Origin: Mobula birostris | Lineage: Eukaryota | Length of the DNA: 64,000 nucleotides | Reading direction: 5' to 3' | Assembly: GCF_030028105.1 (NCBI RefSeq) | Contig: NC_092380.1 | Coordinates: forward strand, 70,119,717-70,183,716 | In this document: positions 38,578 through 56,830 of the stretch, piece by piece | Layout of the letters: the number at the start of each line of letters is the position of its first letter | How positions within the stretch are numbered: position 1 is the stretch's first letter | Notes under the pieces: generated by a model | The model's input: only the letters and a program-made list of their open reading frames with translations | What the model was told of the DNA's origin: nothing | The model's database searches: none | Made by a program: the position numbers and the translations under genes

Positions 38578-40740
38578 CTACACATAAAAAAGGAAGAAAA
38601 ATAGGTTAAACCAAATATGCAACTTAAAGAACATTACAAATTAAACCAAAACTGACACGCATTTCTAAGTCAGTAGTTAAAGTCTGAACCAGACTCCTTC
38701 CCTACCTCCCATTCACTAGAGTTGAAACATACAGTGATAAAGGAGTTTGTTTGTTAATGCAGAAGTCACATATGTTTGAAAGACAAACGTTTGGTAAGCA
38801 TGCTGGGAATGATTCTTGACACCAGAGTCAGAATTCATTACTTCATGGAAGAAAAGGAAAGTGATTTTGTTTTAAAATTGATTCCAGAAGGGTATACATG
38901 CATGTTCAGCCATGGAAGCTGGTACCAGAATCATCCATGGAAATCCAGTCCATCTTAGAATACTTGAAGAGTGGGCCACTGACTGAGCAGAAAGGAAAAG
39001 CACATGTTCCTTCTACAACTACTCAACGTTCGCCATAACCTGCCAACGTATCTGGAAATGAGCATCTATTTGACCTGTATTCATCTGATCGGGAGGCATA
39101 CAAATAACAGAAAAAAATTAATTTTGTAAAGCTTAATCAGATCTGTATTTTGCTCTTTGCGTGTATTTTGTCATCATGTAAAGAACTGCATTGAAATTTA
39201 TTGGATATGGGCACCCACCGAATGAAGGCAGCAGACTGAAAGAGCGTTGAAATGGACTGGCAGCTTGTATACAACAGCTCAAATTCACTGTTCCAAATAC
39301 TAATGCTTGTCTCATCTGCAATATAAAATTCTACTTTGACCCAATAATGGATTTCAAATAAAACATGTCCAGTACCATAATTACTTATTTGCATGCTAAC
39401 TGGCCCCAACATTTTACACAATACTTACAACTCTTTATGATATTTAAACTCCTCCTGTAAAAGTATTGTTCCAATCATTTCACCAACTGTGCCAGTTAAA
39501 AATTACACATTTCACACCGAGGATTTGTCATCAAATCTGATCACACAGCTGCTAAACATCAGCGATACCCCCTCCCACACCCATCCTTCCCCACCCCGTT
39601 AAACTGCTGTTCTGAAGCAGAAAGCATCAGCTGTGAGAAATCCTTTTCACAATGATTGGAAGATTTTCTCAGTGACATCGGGCGTATTGATGCTTCACTG
39701 CTTTGTGATTAACCATATATTCCAGCAAAGAACCCTCTAATAATCATTTGCTACTAGCGCACAAAGGAATTTTAATTGCGCAGAAATTATTTTCACACTC
39801 TACCTCGTTGGTAAGTTAAGTATATTTCACCATCGTACATAATCACATTCCCTTTTCTGGTTTCTGACTCACTGATGTGTATTATTTTATTTCTTTTAAA
39901 CAATAAATAACAAACAAGACTTGGCAGCTTACTATCCTTTGAATAGCTTCAGGTTTACTTCCACTTAAAAATTCCTTGCTGATGTCACTGGGCAAAAAAA
40001 TTGCACCGCGCAAGATTTTTCAACAGAATAGCCATTACAAATTAGAAGGAACATTGTGTTCTAGTCCTTTTATTTCTGAAAATCTGTAACATTACCAGCC
40101 TCTGTTACTCCCCAGCAATGGGCTACACCCAAGCCCTGCACCATTGCACTGGTTAGTTACCTTACTTGATCCAACACTTTCCAGTGCCAGCCATCAGAGG
40201 CACAGTCTGCACACTGTCTCCATGGCTTCCTCTGCACCCGATCTGTGCACTGAGGCGATCACAGTGCTATCCTCACTGAGATGCCAGTTCTAGGTACTCA
40301 CTATATGTAACTGTGGCCAAGATGCTATGCTCTGTGGGATAGCAGCAAATGATGTACTGGTGGTCTTATCAGAATACAGAGTGTCAATCTCATTGAAATG
40401 TACAAAACCCTTATATGTCTGGACAGGGATTAATGTGTAGTTGATGTTTCAATTGGCTGATATACCGAGAACAAGGTATCAGTGTCTTAACAGTTTGGAT
40501 ATGAGAAAAAAAATCATCATTCAGAGCTGTGAGGAAACTATGAAGCCACCTTCAAGGCAGAATTTGAAAGCTATTGGAAAATAAAGTCTGTGGGGCCAGT
40601 ACAGGGATATAACTCTACAATAAAAAAAACAAAGCCTGGCATGATCTTATTGATTAGAAAAGCAGCCATGAGAAGCCAAATGGCTTAGCCTGCTTCTTAT
40701 GGTACAATGTGATTGCAGACTTGGTTAGAATGGTATTCAC

Positions 40741-41070
40741 CTCTTAATTGCAGACAGTAACTGGATGTGACAGGCTTGGTTGAAGTTTCAGAATGAAGGA
40801 ATTGCATCTTGAACTCTTTCCCATGATCACGAACAGTTGGTTTAAATGTCCAATGGGCTGATCGTGAGTAAAAACCACTGGAATCCACTGTACTTTCTTC
40901 AGTGACTATTCCTGCTTGTGAGGCATCTTGAATTTTATTATTATCTTTGAACCAGAATATATGATTTCCTTCTGGAAAAAATCCATAAGCCGTGCAGGAA
41001 AGTGTTACAGGCTTTCCTATTTCAGGGCAAGGTGGATCCGCCTTAATTTCTGAGATCTTTGGCAATGAAA
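40741..41070 (-). CDS. Ig-like exon F, copy 4 (type B)
   Basis: Same splice sites as copy 2; same translation in the ORF track. Confidence 0.8.
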
Positions 41071-43221
41071 CTACACATAAAAAAGGAAGAAAAATAGGTT
41101 AAACCAAATATGCAACTTAAAGAACATTACAAATTAAACCAAAACTGACACGCATTTCTAAGTCAGTAGTTAAAGTCTGATCCAGACTCCTTCCCTACCT
41201 CCCATTCACTAGAGCTGAAACATACAGTGATAAAGGAGTTTGTTTGTTAATGCAGAAGTCACATATGTTTGAAAGACAAACGTTTGGTAAGCATGCTGGG
41301 AATGATTCTTGACACCAGAGTCAGAATTCATTACTTCATGGAAGAAAAGGAAAGTGATTTTGTTTTAAAATTGATTCCAGAAGGGTATACATGCATGTTC
41401 AGCCATGGAAGCTGGTACCAGAATCATCCATGGAAATCCAGTCCATCTTAGAATACTTGAAGAGTGGGCCACTGACTGAGCAGAAAGGAAAAGCACATGA
41501 CCCTTCTACAACTACTTATCGTTCGCCATAACCTGCCGACCTATCTGGAAATGAGCATCTCATTGACCTTTATTCATATGATCAGGAGGCATACAAATAA
41601 CAGAAAAAATTCAATTTTGTAAAGCTTAATCAGATCTGTATTTTGCTCTTTGTGTGTATTTTGTCATCATGTAAAGAACTGCGTTGAAATTTATTGGATA
41701 TGGGCACCCAAGGAATGAAGGCAGCAGACTGACAGAGCGTTGAAATGGAATGGCAGCTTGTATACAACAGCTCAAGTTCACTATTCCAAATACTAATGCT
41801 TGTCTCATCTGCAATATAAAATTCTACTTTGACCCAATAACGGATTTCAAGTAAAACATGTCCAGTACCATAATTACTTATTTGCATGCTAACTGGCCCC
41901 AACATTTTACACAATACTTACAACTCTTTATGATATTTAAACTCCTCCTGTAAAAGTATTGTTCCAATCATTTCACCAACTGTGCCAGTTAAAAATTACA
42001 CATTTCACACCGAGGATTTGTCATCAAATCTGATCACACAGCTGTTAAACATCAGCGATACCCCCTCCCACACCCATCCTTCCCCACCCCGTTAAACTGC
42101 TGTTCTGCAGCAGAAAGCATCAGCTGAGAGAAAGCCTTTCCACAATGATTGAGAAATTTTCTCAGTGACATCGGGCGTATTAGAGCTTCACTGCTTTGTT
42201 ATTAATCATAAATTCCAGCAATAATCTTTTGCTACAAATGCAAAAAGGAATTTTAACTGTGCACAAATTATTGTCACCCTCTACCTCGTTGGTAAGTTAA
42301 GTATATTTCACAATCGTACATAATCACATTCCCTTTTCTGGTTTCTGACTCACTGATGTGTATTATTTTATTTCTTTTAAACAATAAATAACAAACAAGA
42401 CTTGGCAGCTTACTATCCTTTGAATAGCTTCAGGTTTACTTCCACTTAAAAATTCCTTGCTGATGTCACTGGGCAAAAAAATTGCACCGCGCAAGATTTT
42501 TCAACAGAATAGCCATTACAAATTAGAAGGAACATTGTGTTCTAGTCCTTTTCTTTCTGAAAATCTGTAACATTACCAGCCTCTGTTACTCCCCAGCAAT
42601 GGGCTACACCCAAGCCCTGCACCATTGCACTGGTTAGTTACCTTACTTGATCCAACACTTTCCAGTGCCAGCCATCAGAGGCACAGTCTGCACACTGTCT
42701 CCATGGCTTCCTCTGCACCCGATCTGTGCACTGAGGCGATCACAGTGCTATCCTCACTGAGATGCCAGTTCTAGGTACTCACTATATGTAACTGTGGCCA
42801 AGATGCTATACTCTGTGGGATAGCAGCAAATGATGTACTGGTGGTCTTATCAGAATACAGAGTGTCAATCTCATTGAAATGTACAAAACCCTTATATGTC
42901 TGGACAGGGATTAATGTGTAGTTGATGTTTCAATTGGCTGATATACCGAGAACAAGGTATCAGTGTCTTAACAGTTTGGATATGAGAAAAAAAATCATCA
43001 TTCAGAGCTGTGAGGAAACTATGAAGCCACCTTCAAGGCAGAATTTGAAAGCTATTGGAAAATAAAGTCTGTGGGGCCAGTACAGGGATATAACTCTACA
43101 ATAAAAAAAACAAAGCCTGGCATGATCTTATTGATTAGAAAAGCAGCCATGAGAAGCCAAATGGCTTAGCCTGCTTCTTATGGTACAATGTGATTGCAGA
43201 CTTGGTTAGAATGGTATTCAC

Positions 43222-43551
43222 CTCTTAATTGCAGACAGTAACTGGATGTGACAGGCTTGGTTGAAGTTTCAGAATGAAGGAATTGCATCTTGAACTCTTT
43301 CCCATGATCACGAACAGTTGGTTTAAATGTCCAATGGGCTGATCGTGAGTAAAAACCACTGGAATCCACTGTACTTTCTTCAGTGACTATTCCTGCTTGT
43401 GAGGCATCTTGAATTTTATTATTATCTTTGAACCAGAATATATGATTTCCTTCTGGAAAAAATCCATAAGCCGTGCAGGAAAGTGTTACAGGCTTTCCTA
43501 TTTCAGGGCAAGGTGGATCCGCCTTAATTTCTGAGATCTTTGGCAATGAAA
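43222..43551 (-). CDS. Ig-like exon F, copy 3 (type B)
   Basis: Same splice sites as copy 2; same translation in the ORF track. Confidence 0.8.
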
Positions 43552-45702
43552 CTACACATAAAAAAGGAAGAAAAATAGGTTAAACCAAATATGCAACTTA
43601 AAGAACATTACAATTTAAACCAAAACTGACACGCATTTCTAAGTCAGTAGTTAAAGTCTGAACCAGACTCCTTCCCTACCTCCCATTCACTAGAGCTGAA
43701 ACATACAGTGATAAAGGAGTTTGTTTGTTAATGCAGAAGTCACATATGTTTGAAAGACAAACGTTTGGTAAGCATGCTGGGAATGATTCTTGACACCAGA
43801 GTCAGAATTCATTACTTCATGGAAGAAAAGGAAAGTGATTTTGTTTTAAAATTGATTCCAGAAGGGTATACATGCATGTTCAGCCATGGAAGCTGGTACC
43901 AGAATCGTCCATGGAAATCCAGTCCATCTTAGAATACTTGAAGAGTGGGCCACTGACTGAGCAGAAAGGATAAGCACATGACCCTTCTACAACTACTTAT
44001 CGTTCGCCATAACCTGCCGACCTATCTGGAAATGAGCATCTCATTGACCTTTATTCATATGATCAGGAGGCATACAAATAACAGAAAAAATTCAATTTTG
44101 TAAAGCTTAATCAGATCTGTATTTTGCTCTTTGTGTGTATTTTGTCATCATGTAAAGAACTGCGTTGAAATTTATTGGATATGGGCACCCAAGGAATGAA
44201 GGCAGCAGACTGACAGAGCGTTGAAATGGAATGGCAGCTTGTATACAACAGCTCAAGTTCACTATTCCAAATACTAATGCTTGTCTCATCTGCAATATAA
44301 AATTCTACTTTGACCCAATAACGGATTTCAAGTAAAACATGTCCAGTACCATAATTACTTATTTGCATGCTAACTGGCCCCAACATTTTACACAATACTT
44401 ACAACTCTTTATGATATTTAAACTCCTCCTGTAAAAGTATTGTTCCAATCATTTCACCAACTGTGCCAGTTAAAAATTACACATTTCACACCGAGGATTT
44501 GTCATCAAATCTGATCACACAGCTGTTAAGCATCAGCGATACCCCCTCCCACACCCATCCTTCCCCACCCCGTTAAACTGCTGTTCTGCAGCAGAAAGCA
44601 TCAGCTGAGAGAAAGCCTTTCCACAATGATTGAGAAATTTTCTCAGTGACATCGGGCGTATTAGAGCTTCACTGCTTTGTTATTAATCATACATTCCAGC
44701 AATAATCATTTGCTACAAATGCAAAAAGGAATTTTAACTGTGCACAAATTATTGTCACCCTCTACCTCGTTGGTAAGTTAAGTATATTTCACAATCGTAC
44801 ATAATCACATTCCCTTTTCTGGTTTCTGACTCACTGATGTGTATTATTTTATTTCTTTTAAACAATAAATAACAAACAAGACTTGGCAGCTTACTATCCT
44901 TTGAATAGCTTCAGGTTTACTTCCACTTAAAAATTCCTTGCTGATGTCACTGGGCAAAAAAATTGCACCGCGCAAGATTTTTCAACAGAATAGCCATTAC
45001 AAATTAGAGGGAACATTGTGTTCTAGTCCTTTTATTTCTGAAAATCTGTAACATTACCAGCCTCTGTTACTCCCCAGCAATGGGCTACACCCAAGCCCTG
45101 CACCATTGCACTGGTTAGTTACCTTACTTGATCCAACACTTTCCAGTGCCAGCCATCAGAGGCACAGTCTGCACACTGTCTCCATGGCTTCCTCTGCACC
45201 CGATCTGTGCACTGAGGCGATCACAGTGCTATCCTCACTGAGATGCCAGTTCTAGGTACTCACTATATGTAACTGTGGCCAAGATGCTATGCTCTGTGGG
45301 ATAGCAGCAAATGATGTACTGGTGGTCTTATCAGAATACAGAGTGTCAATCTCATTGAAATGTACAAAACCCTTATATGTCTGGACAGGGATTAATGTGT
45401 AGTTGATGTTTCAATTGGCTGATATACCGAGAACAAGGTATCAGTGTCTTAACAGTTTGGATATGAGAAAAAAAATCATCATTCAGAGCTGTGAGGAAAC
45501 TATGAAGCCACCTTCAAGGCAGAATTTGAAAGCTATTGGAAAATAAAGTCTGTGGGGCCAGTACAGCGATATAACTCTGCAATAAAAAAAACAAAGCCTG
45601 GCATGATCTTATTGATTAGAAAAGCAGCCATGAGAAGCCAAATGGCTTAGCCTGCTTCTTATGGTACAATGTGATTGCAGACTTGGTTAGAATGGTATTC
45701 AC

Positions 45703-46032
45703 CTCTTAATTGCAGACAGTAACTGGATGTGACAGGCTTGGTTGAAGTTTCAGAATGAAGGAATTGCATCTTGAACTCTTTCCCATGATCACGAACAGTT
45801 GGTTTAAATGTCCAATGGGCTGATCGTGAGTAAAAACCACTGGAATCCACTGTACTTTCTTCAGTGACTATTCCTGCTTGTGAGGCATCTTGAATTTTAT
45901 TATTATCTTTGAACCAGAATATATGATTTCCTTCTGGAAAAAATCCATAAGCCGTGCAGGAAAGTGTTACAGGCTTTCCTATTTCAGGGCAAGGTGGATC
46001 CGCCTTAATTTCTGAGATCTTTGGCAATGAAA
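45703..46032 (-). CDS. Ig-like exon F, copy 2 (type B)
   Basis: Acceptor ttttttatgtgtag| and donor AGAG|gtgaat; 330 nt, open. Confidence 0.8.
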
Positions 46033-47920
46033 CTACACATAAAAAAGGAAGAAAAATAGGTTAAACCAAATATGCAACTTAAAGAACATTACAATTTAAA
46101 CCAAAACTGACACGCATTTCTAAGTCAGTAGTTAAAGTCTGAACCAGACTCCTTCCCTACCTCCCATTCACTAGAGCTGAAACATACAGTGATAAAGGAG
46201 TTTGTTTGTTAATGCAGAAGTCACATATGTTTGAAAGACAAACGTTTGGTAAGCATGCTGGGAATGATTCTTGACACCAGAGTCAGAATTCATTACTTCA
46301 TGGAAGAAAAGGAAAGTGATTTTGTTTTAAAATTGATTCCAGAAGGGTATACATGCATGTTCAGCCATGGAAGCTGGTACCAGAATCGTCCATGGAAATC
46401 CAGTCCATCTTAGAATACTTGAAGAGTGGGCCACTGACTGAGCAGAAAGGATAAGCACATGACCCTTCTACAACTACTTATCGTTCGCCATAACCTGCCG
46501 ACCTATCTGGAAATGAGCATCTCATTGACCTTTATTCATATGATCAGGAGGCATACAAGTAACAGAAAAAATTCAATTTTGTAAAGCTTAATCAGATCTG
46601 TATTTTGCTCTTTGTGTGTATTTTGTCATCATGTAAAGAACTGCGTTGAAATTTATTGGATATGGGCACCCACCGAATGAAGGCAGCAGACTGACAGAGC
46701 GTTGAAATGGAATGGCAGCTTGTATACAACAGCTCAAGTTCACTATTCCAAATACTAATGCTTGTCTCATCTGCAATATAAAATTCTACTTTGACCCAAT
46801 AACGGATTTCAAGTAAAACATGTCCAGTACCATAATTACTTATTTGCATGCTAACTGGCCCCAACATTTTACACAATACTTACAACTCTTTATGATATTT
46901 AAACTCCTCCTGTAAAAGTATTGTTCCAATCATTTCACCAACTGTGCCAGTTAAAAATTACACATTTCACACCGAGGATTTTTCATCAAATCTGATCACA
47001 CAGCTGTTAAACATCAGCGATACCCCCTCCCACACCCATCCTTCCCCACCCCGTTAAACTGCTGTTCTGCAGCAGAAAGCATCAGCTGAGAGAAAGCCTT
47101 TCCACAATGATTGAGAAATTTTCTCAGTGACATCGGGCGTATTAGAGCTTCACTGCTTTGTTATTAATCATACATTCCAGCAATAATCATTTGCTACAAA
47201 TGCAAAAAGGAATTTTAACTGTGCACAAATTATTGTCACCCTCTACCTCGTTGGTAAGTTAAGTATATTTCACCATCGTACATAATCACATTCCCTTTTC
47301 TGGTTTCTGACTCACTGATGTGTATTATTTTATTTCTTTTAAACAATAAATAACAAACAAGACTTGGCAGCTTACTATCCTTTGAATAGCTTCAGGTTTA
47401 CTTCCACTTAAAAATTCCTTGCTGATGTCACTGGGCAAAAAAATTGCAGCGCGCAAGATTTTTCAACAGAATAGCCATTACAAATTAGAGGGAACATTGT
47501 GTTCTAGTCCTTTTATTTCTGAAAATCTGTAACATTACCAGCCTCTGTTACTCCCCAGCAATGGGCTACACCCAAGCCCTGCACCATTGCACTGGTTAGT
47601 TACCTTACTTGATCCAACACTTTCCGGTGCCAGCCATCAGAGGCACAGTCTGCACACTGTCTCCATGGCTTCCTCTGCACCCGATCTGTGCACTGAGGCG
47701 ATCACAGTGCTATTCTCACTGAGATGCCAGTTCTAGGCACTCACTATATGTAACTGTGGCCAAGATGCTATGCTCTGTGGGATAGCAGCAAATGATGTAC
47801 TGGTGGTCTTATCAGAATACAGAGTGTCAATCTCATTGAAATGTACAAACCTCTTATCTGTTTGGACAAGGATTAATGTGCAGTTGATGTTTCAACTGAC
47901 TGATATACCGAGAACAAGGT

Positions 47921-47933
47921 ATCAGTGTCTTAA
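47921..47933 (+). repeat. 13-bp target-site duplication ATCAGTGTCTTAA (second copy at 52617-52629)
   Basis: Exact direct repeat flanking the whole FAM102A+RTE insertion; single copy at the orthologous position in the other array units. Confidence 0.9.
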
Positions 47934-52616
<4,683 letters not shown>

Positions 52617-52880
52617 ATCAGTGTCTTAACAGTTTGGATAGGAGAAAAAAATTCATCATTCAGAGCTGTGAGGAAACTATGAAGCCATCTTCAAGGCAGA
52701 AATTGAAAGATATTGGAAAATAAAGTCTGTGGGGCCAGTACAGAGATATAACTCTGCAATAAAAAAAACAAAGCCTGGCATGATCTTATTGAATAGAAAA
52801 GCAGCCATGAGAAGCCAAATGGCTTAGCCTGCTTCTTATGGTACAATGTGACTGCAGACTTGGTTAGAATGGGTATTTAC

Positions 52881-53210
52881 CTCTTAATTGCAGAGAGTAA
52901 CTGGATGTGACAGGCTTGCTTGAAGTTTCAGAATGAAGGATTTGCATCTTGAACTCTTTCCCATGATCACGAGCAGTTGGGTTAAATGTCCAATGGGATG
53001 ATCGTGAATACAAACCACTGGAATCCTTTGTACTTTCTTCAGTGACTATTCCTGCTTGTGATGCATCTTCAATTTTACTATCATCTTTGAACCAGAATAT
53101 CTGATTTCCTTCTGGATAAAATCCATAAGCCGTGCAGGAAAGTTTTAAAGGCTTTCCTATTTCAGGGCAAGATGGATCTGCCTTAATTTCTGAGATCTTT
53201 GGCAATGAAA
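52881..53210 (-). CDS. Ig-like exon F, copy 1 (type A)
   Basis: Acceptor ttttttatgtctag|TT and donor AGAG|gtaaat; 330 nt, phase 1-1, open. LSCTAYGFYP...FWFKD; the F-strand Cys position is Met (KEFKMQILH). Confidence 0.85.
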
Positions 53211-54047
53211 CTAGACATAAAAAAGGAAGAAAAATACTTTAAACCAAATATGCAACTTAAAGAACATTACAATTTAAACCAAAACTGACAAGCATTTCTT
53301 AGTAAGTAGTTAAAGACTGAAAACTATTAAAAGCAATGAAAAAAAAAGCTATTGTCATGTCTTTCCTGATTTGGATTATTATTTTATTTCTAATTACTGG
53401 ATCTCACTGCTTTCTTGTGGGTTCTCAGCTGTTGTTGATTGCTCATTATTCTCTTGTTAAGGAATTAGCTTTCATCATCAGGACAGTCATTTTACATTGT
53501 TTATATATTTCATTTAGTAGTTAGAAGCACTGGTTATTTGAATCTGTCTTTTGTTAGAATGCTAACATTTTAATTAAAAAAAAGAATCATTCAGGAGAGT
53601 TCTTTAAACTATCCTTTATCCTTTAATTGCGTGAAATACTGTCAAACATCCTTGAAAAGTATAGTCATAAGGCGGCTAGTTTTGTTCAAATAGTTTTAGT
53701 TTTTACAATCAATAGCAATTTAAAGTTTTATACTTTTTCCTCTTAACTATATCTATGTATTAACTTTTATTTCTTTACCTACAAATCAATGAATTCACCC
53801 ATTTTAATTTACTTTCATTTTCTAAGGAATTCTCTGTTCAATCAAATCCACCATGTTCACCTTCCTTTGCAGTAATACAATTAGCCTGTAGGATTTGTGA
53901 CACTTAGCTTGCTGTCTTAGTAAATGGATGCCAAAAAATTACAAGGTATGTCCTAGTACCAACAGTTATCATTAGGCATCCATCCTTTATGAATTTCAAA
54001 TTGATTGTAGAAAAAACAAGTTCAGAAACAAAAGAAGTGTTACTTAC

Positions 54048-54359
54048 TCACTTCACCAGCTACCCAGTGAGTCTCTGTTGGCCTTGATAAGCTCTCATGT
54101 GCTATTTGGCATGTGTATTTTGTCTCAGTGTCAGCGCTGCTAAGAACAATCTGCAATTTAGCTGTGAAATGATAGAGTTCATCCTGTCCAATCACTGCAT
54201 CATTAACTTCAGAATTTTGTTGAATTTCTGAGCCATCTTTGAGCCATTTAACTGTGATATCTCTGGGGTAAAATGCACTTATTTGACAGCTTAAATTCAC
54301 AGGCACTTCTGCAATTAGTTTTTCTGCTTCACACTTTATAGTGCCTAGTTCTGGAGGAG
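54048..54359 (-). CDS. Ig C1-set exon (exon E)
   Basis: Acceptor ttttcttttccag|CT and donor GTGA|gtaagt; 312 nt, phase 1-1. NLSCQISAFYP...KWLKDG...YTCQIAHESL. Confidence 0.88.
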
Positions 54360-54694
54360 CTGGAAAAGAAAACAAGGTTTTAAACATGAGCAGATTTTCA
54401 AAAGTGGGGGACTAGATATTGCGCTTTCCATACGTAATTACTTATAGCTTTGTAAACTTTGGAAAAAGACATAAAATATAATTACTTAATTTATTAATTT
54501 CAGTACAATCCTACCCTATTGACTTAGCTTGCTATATTCTTAAATTACATCAATTATTTTCCCTTGTAACATTATTACTACCTTGTAACAGTAAGAGAAA
54601 TATGGCATCAAGACAATGCATTCATCAGAGGAGCCTCCAAATGAAATAAGCAATCTGGATCCTTTCTTGTTGCAAGGCTTGGATAATAGTATAC

Positions 54695-55075
54695 CTGTAA
54701 TTCTTAGGGCTATTTCTTTCTCTTGCTTGTCGTTAGTGGAGTGGTGCAGTATGCTACATAAGCACTGCGAGTTCTGGTCTTGCTGTATATTTGGCACAAT
54801 AACTAATACACTAGCAATGCTGTAAGTTTTGTCTTCATGCCCCACTTCACTGATGTAATGCTTTGCCTTCAAATTCATCCTGTTGTCATCGTGTTTGTTT
54901 GTCGTATTGTCCAGCTGCAACCGGACAAGTTCTTCCAAATCTTTATTCTTTCTCTTTTGTTGCCATATAATACTTAATGGTCTTGGTTTAAATCCACTGA
55001 CTGAACAAGACAAAGCCACAGGTTCCTTGTCTTTGATGAGAGGTGGCATCAAAATATTTAAAACCTTAGGTGGCA
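54695..55075 (-). CDS. Ig C1-like exon (exon D)
   Basis: Acceptor ttctcttttttaag|TG and donor ACAG|gtatac; 381 nt, phase 1-1. ALSCSVSGFKP...IIWQ...YSIASVL...CLCSILH. Confidence 0.85.
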
Positions 55076-55224
55076 CTTAAAAAAGAGAAAATGAAAAATT
55101 AATCTCACAAACTGAAATGCAAAGAAAGAAAAAAATACTGAATTGTTTTAAATGCTTAATGACTGTGTCCACCTGATGAAGAACTGTATTCAACATAACT
55201 ATCCACATCATTGACATAAGAGAT

Positions 55225-55395
55225 TCTACTGGTGCTGGAAATCTTGAGCAAAACATGCAAAACGCTGGAGAAGCTCAGCAGGTCAGGCAATATCTACGGA
55301 AGGCAAAACAGCTGACGTTTTGGGCCATGACCCGTCAGTACTCTTCACCATAGTTGCTGCCTGACCTGCTGAGTTCCTCCAGAATTTTGTGTATC
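55225..55395. repeat. Palindromic Penelope-derived short element
   Basis: ctggagaagctcagcaggtcaggca ... tgcctgacctgctgagttcctccag inverted arms. Confidence 0.65.
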
Positions 55396-55493
55396 CACGT
55401 CAATGTCAAATACCATATATGTTAATGAAAGACATTCAAAATGGAACCACAAAAGACAGCAATTAATAATTAAAGAAAATGTTTGCAATTTAC

Positions 55494-55934
55494 CTCCTTT
55501 AACATCTAGTGTCAGTGTCTTAGTTATAGGCTCTTTAAGTGCTTGATGTTGAACTTCGATACTTAACTCAGCCCCATCATCCTGAGAAATATCTGGATAT
55601 ATTCCGACACTGACTTCTACACTACAAATCTTTCGTGTGTTAATTTTGAATTCAGAAATCTGTGGTTTAAAGGATGCATCTTTGTCATCTGACTGAATGA
55701 GGATTTTTGTTTCATTACAATCCGGTCCATTTGTTGATACATACTGACAGCAGTTTTTTTTCCCATCTTTGTTGCTCCAATTCAGAAGCTGACATTTATC
55801 GTTCTGCTTCCTCTTTGCGTAAATCATGATTGTAATCTCATAAGGTCGAAATGAGCTAACCATCCAAGTGACTACGCTTTCTTCAAGATGTTTCAAAACT
55901 TGATATTCACTGCATCCAGTAATTTTTGGAGGAA
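55494..55934 (-). CDS. Divergent Ig-like exon lacking both canonical Cys, with a Cys-rich insert (exon C)
   Basis: Acceptor ttttgttttgactag|TT and donor GGAG|gtaaat; 441 nt, phase 1-1, open. VPPKIT...VVTWMVSSFRPYEI...ELSIEVQHQALKEPITKTLTL aligns by eye with the neighbouring C1-like exons. Confidence 0.78.
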
Positions 55935-56599
55935 CTAGTCAAAACAAAATAAGTAATTAACACTTAACAATGTAAATGTACTTTCTTGCATCCTCAGTTT
56001 TTATTGCCTTTCTGGAATTACAGAAATAAGACACAACTAGTGTAAACAGACAAGGTCAGAATTTCCATTAGTTTGTACCATTATTATTCAGCATATTACG
56101 GCTTAAAATAGGGAAACGAACAAAAATTGATTCCAGTGGAATTAAGAGTATTTTAAAAAATTAAACAATTTGCTTATTCCAAAACACTGGAGGGCTATTT
56201 ATTTATTTATTTATTTAATTTCTTACGTCCAAGGGAGTAAAAATCTTTATGTTGTATCTCCATCACAATGTACAAGCAATGAAGAGGGACAATGTGGGAG
56301 GATATTGCCCTAACATTAAAATTGTATACCTGATTGTTTTGTATACATGCACAGTCAGATAGACAATCAGATCAATGTACAGTCAGATATGCAATCAGAT
56401 CAATGTGTATTGATAAATCTAATTACTGATTTCAGATTTCTGTTAATTGCTTCCGTTGGTGAATTTTAAAGCAGGTTCTTCAAAAAATCTAGGTAGGAAA
56501 AACCTAGAAAATTTATCACTTAGCACAGTTTATTTCTTAAACATGTGAACATATTTTTTTCTCTACCCCCCAAATTCCTCTGCAGATAAAGCATTTCAC

Positions 56600-56830
56600 A
56601 AACAAGAGAAAATCTGCAGATGCTGATAATCCAAGCAACACACACAAAATCGTGGAAAACTCAGCAGGCCAAGCAGCATCCATGGAAAAAGGTAAACAAG
56701 CAATGTTGTGGGCTGAGACCCTTCATCAATCCTGAAGAAGGGTTTCGGGCTGAGACTTTGTCTATTTACTCTTTTCTATAGATGCTGCCTAGCCTGCTGA
56801 ATTCCTCCAGCGTTTTCTGTGTGTTCCTTC
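56600..56830. repeat. Palindromic Penelope-derived short element
   Basis: aactcagcaggccaagcagcatc ... gatgctgcctagcctgctgaatt inverted arms around a cccttca..gaagaaggg centre. Confidence 0.65.

Noticed and set aside
40302-40418. 117-nt open stretch with AG/GT ends in each array unit
   Set aside because: It is phase 0-0, so incompatible with the phase-1 neighbours, and the acceptor differs in the type-A copies.
21702-46876. Recurrent minus-strand ORFs MRQALVFG.VNLSCCIQAASPFQ / MCKMLGPV..., which superficially resemble an Ig B-strand
   Set aside because: No C-strand Trp or F-strand motif, and frames and stops differ between copies. They recur only because this intron segment is duplicated in every unit.
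53336-53524. Hydrophobic ORF (MSFLIWIIILFLITG...) as the missing TM exon
   Set aside because: It is on the + strand, opposite to the gene, in T-rich intron sequence; the paralogous copy at 33.7 kb has an internal stop.
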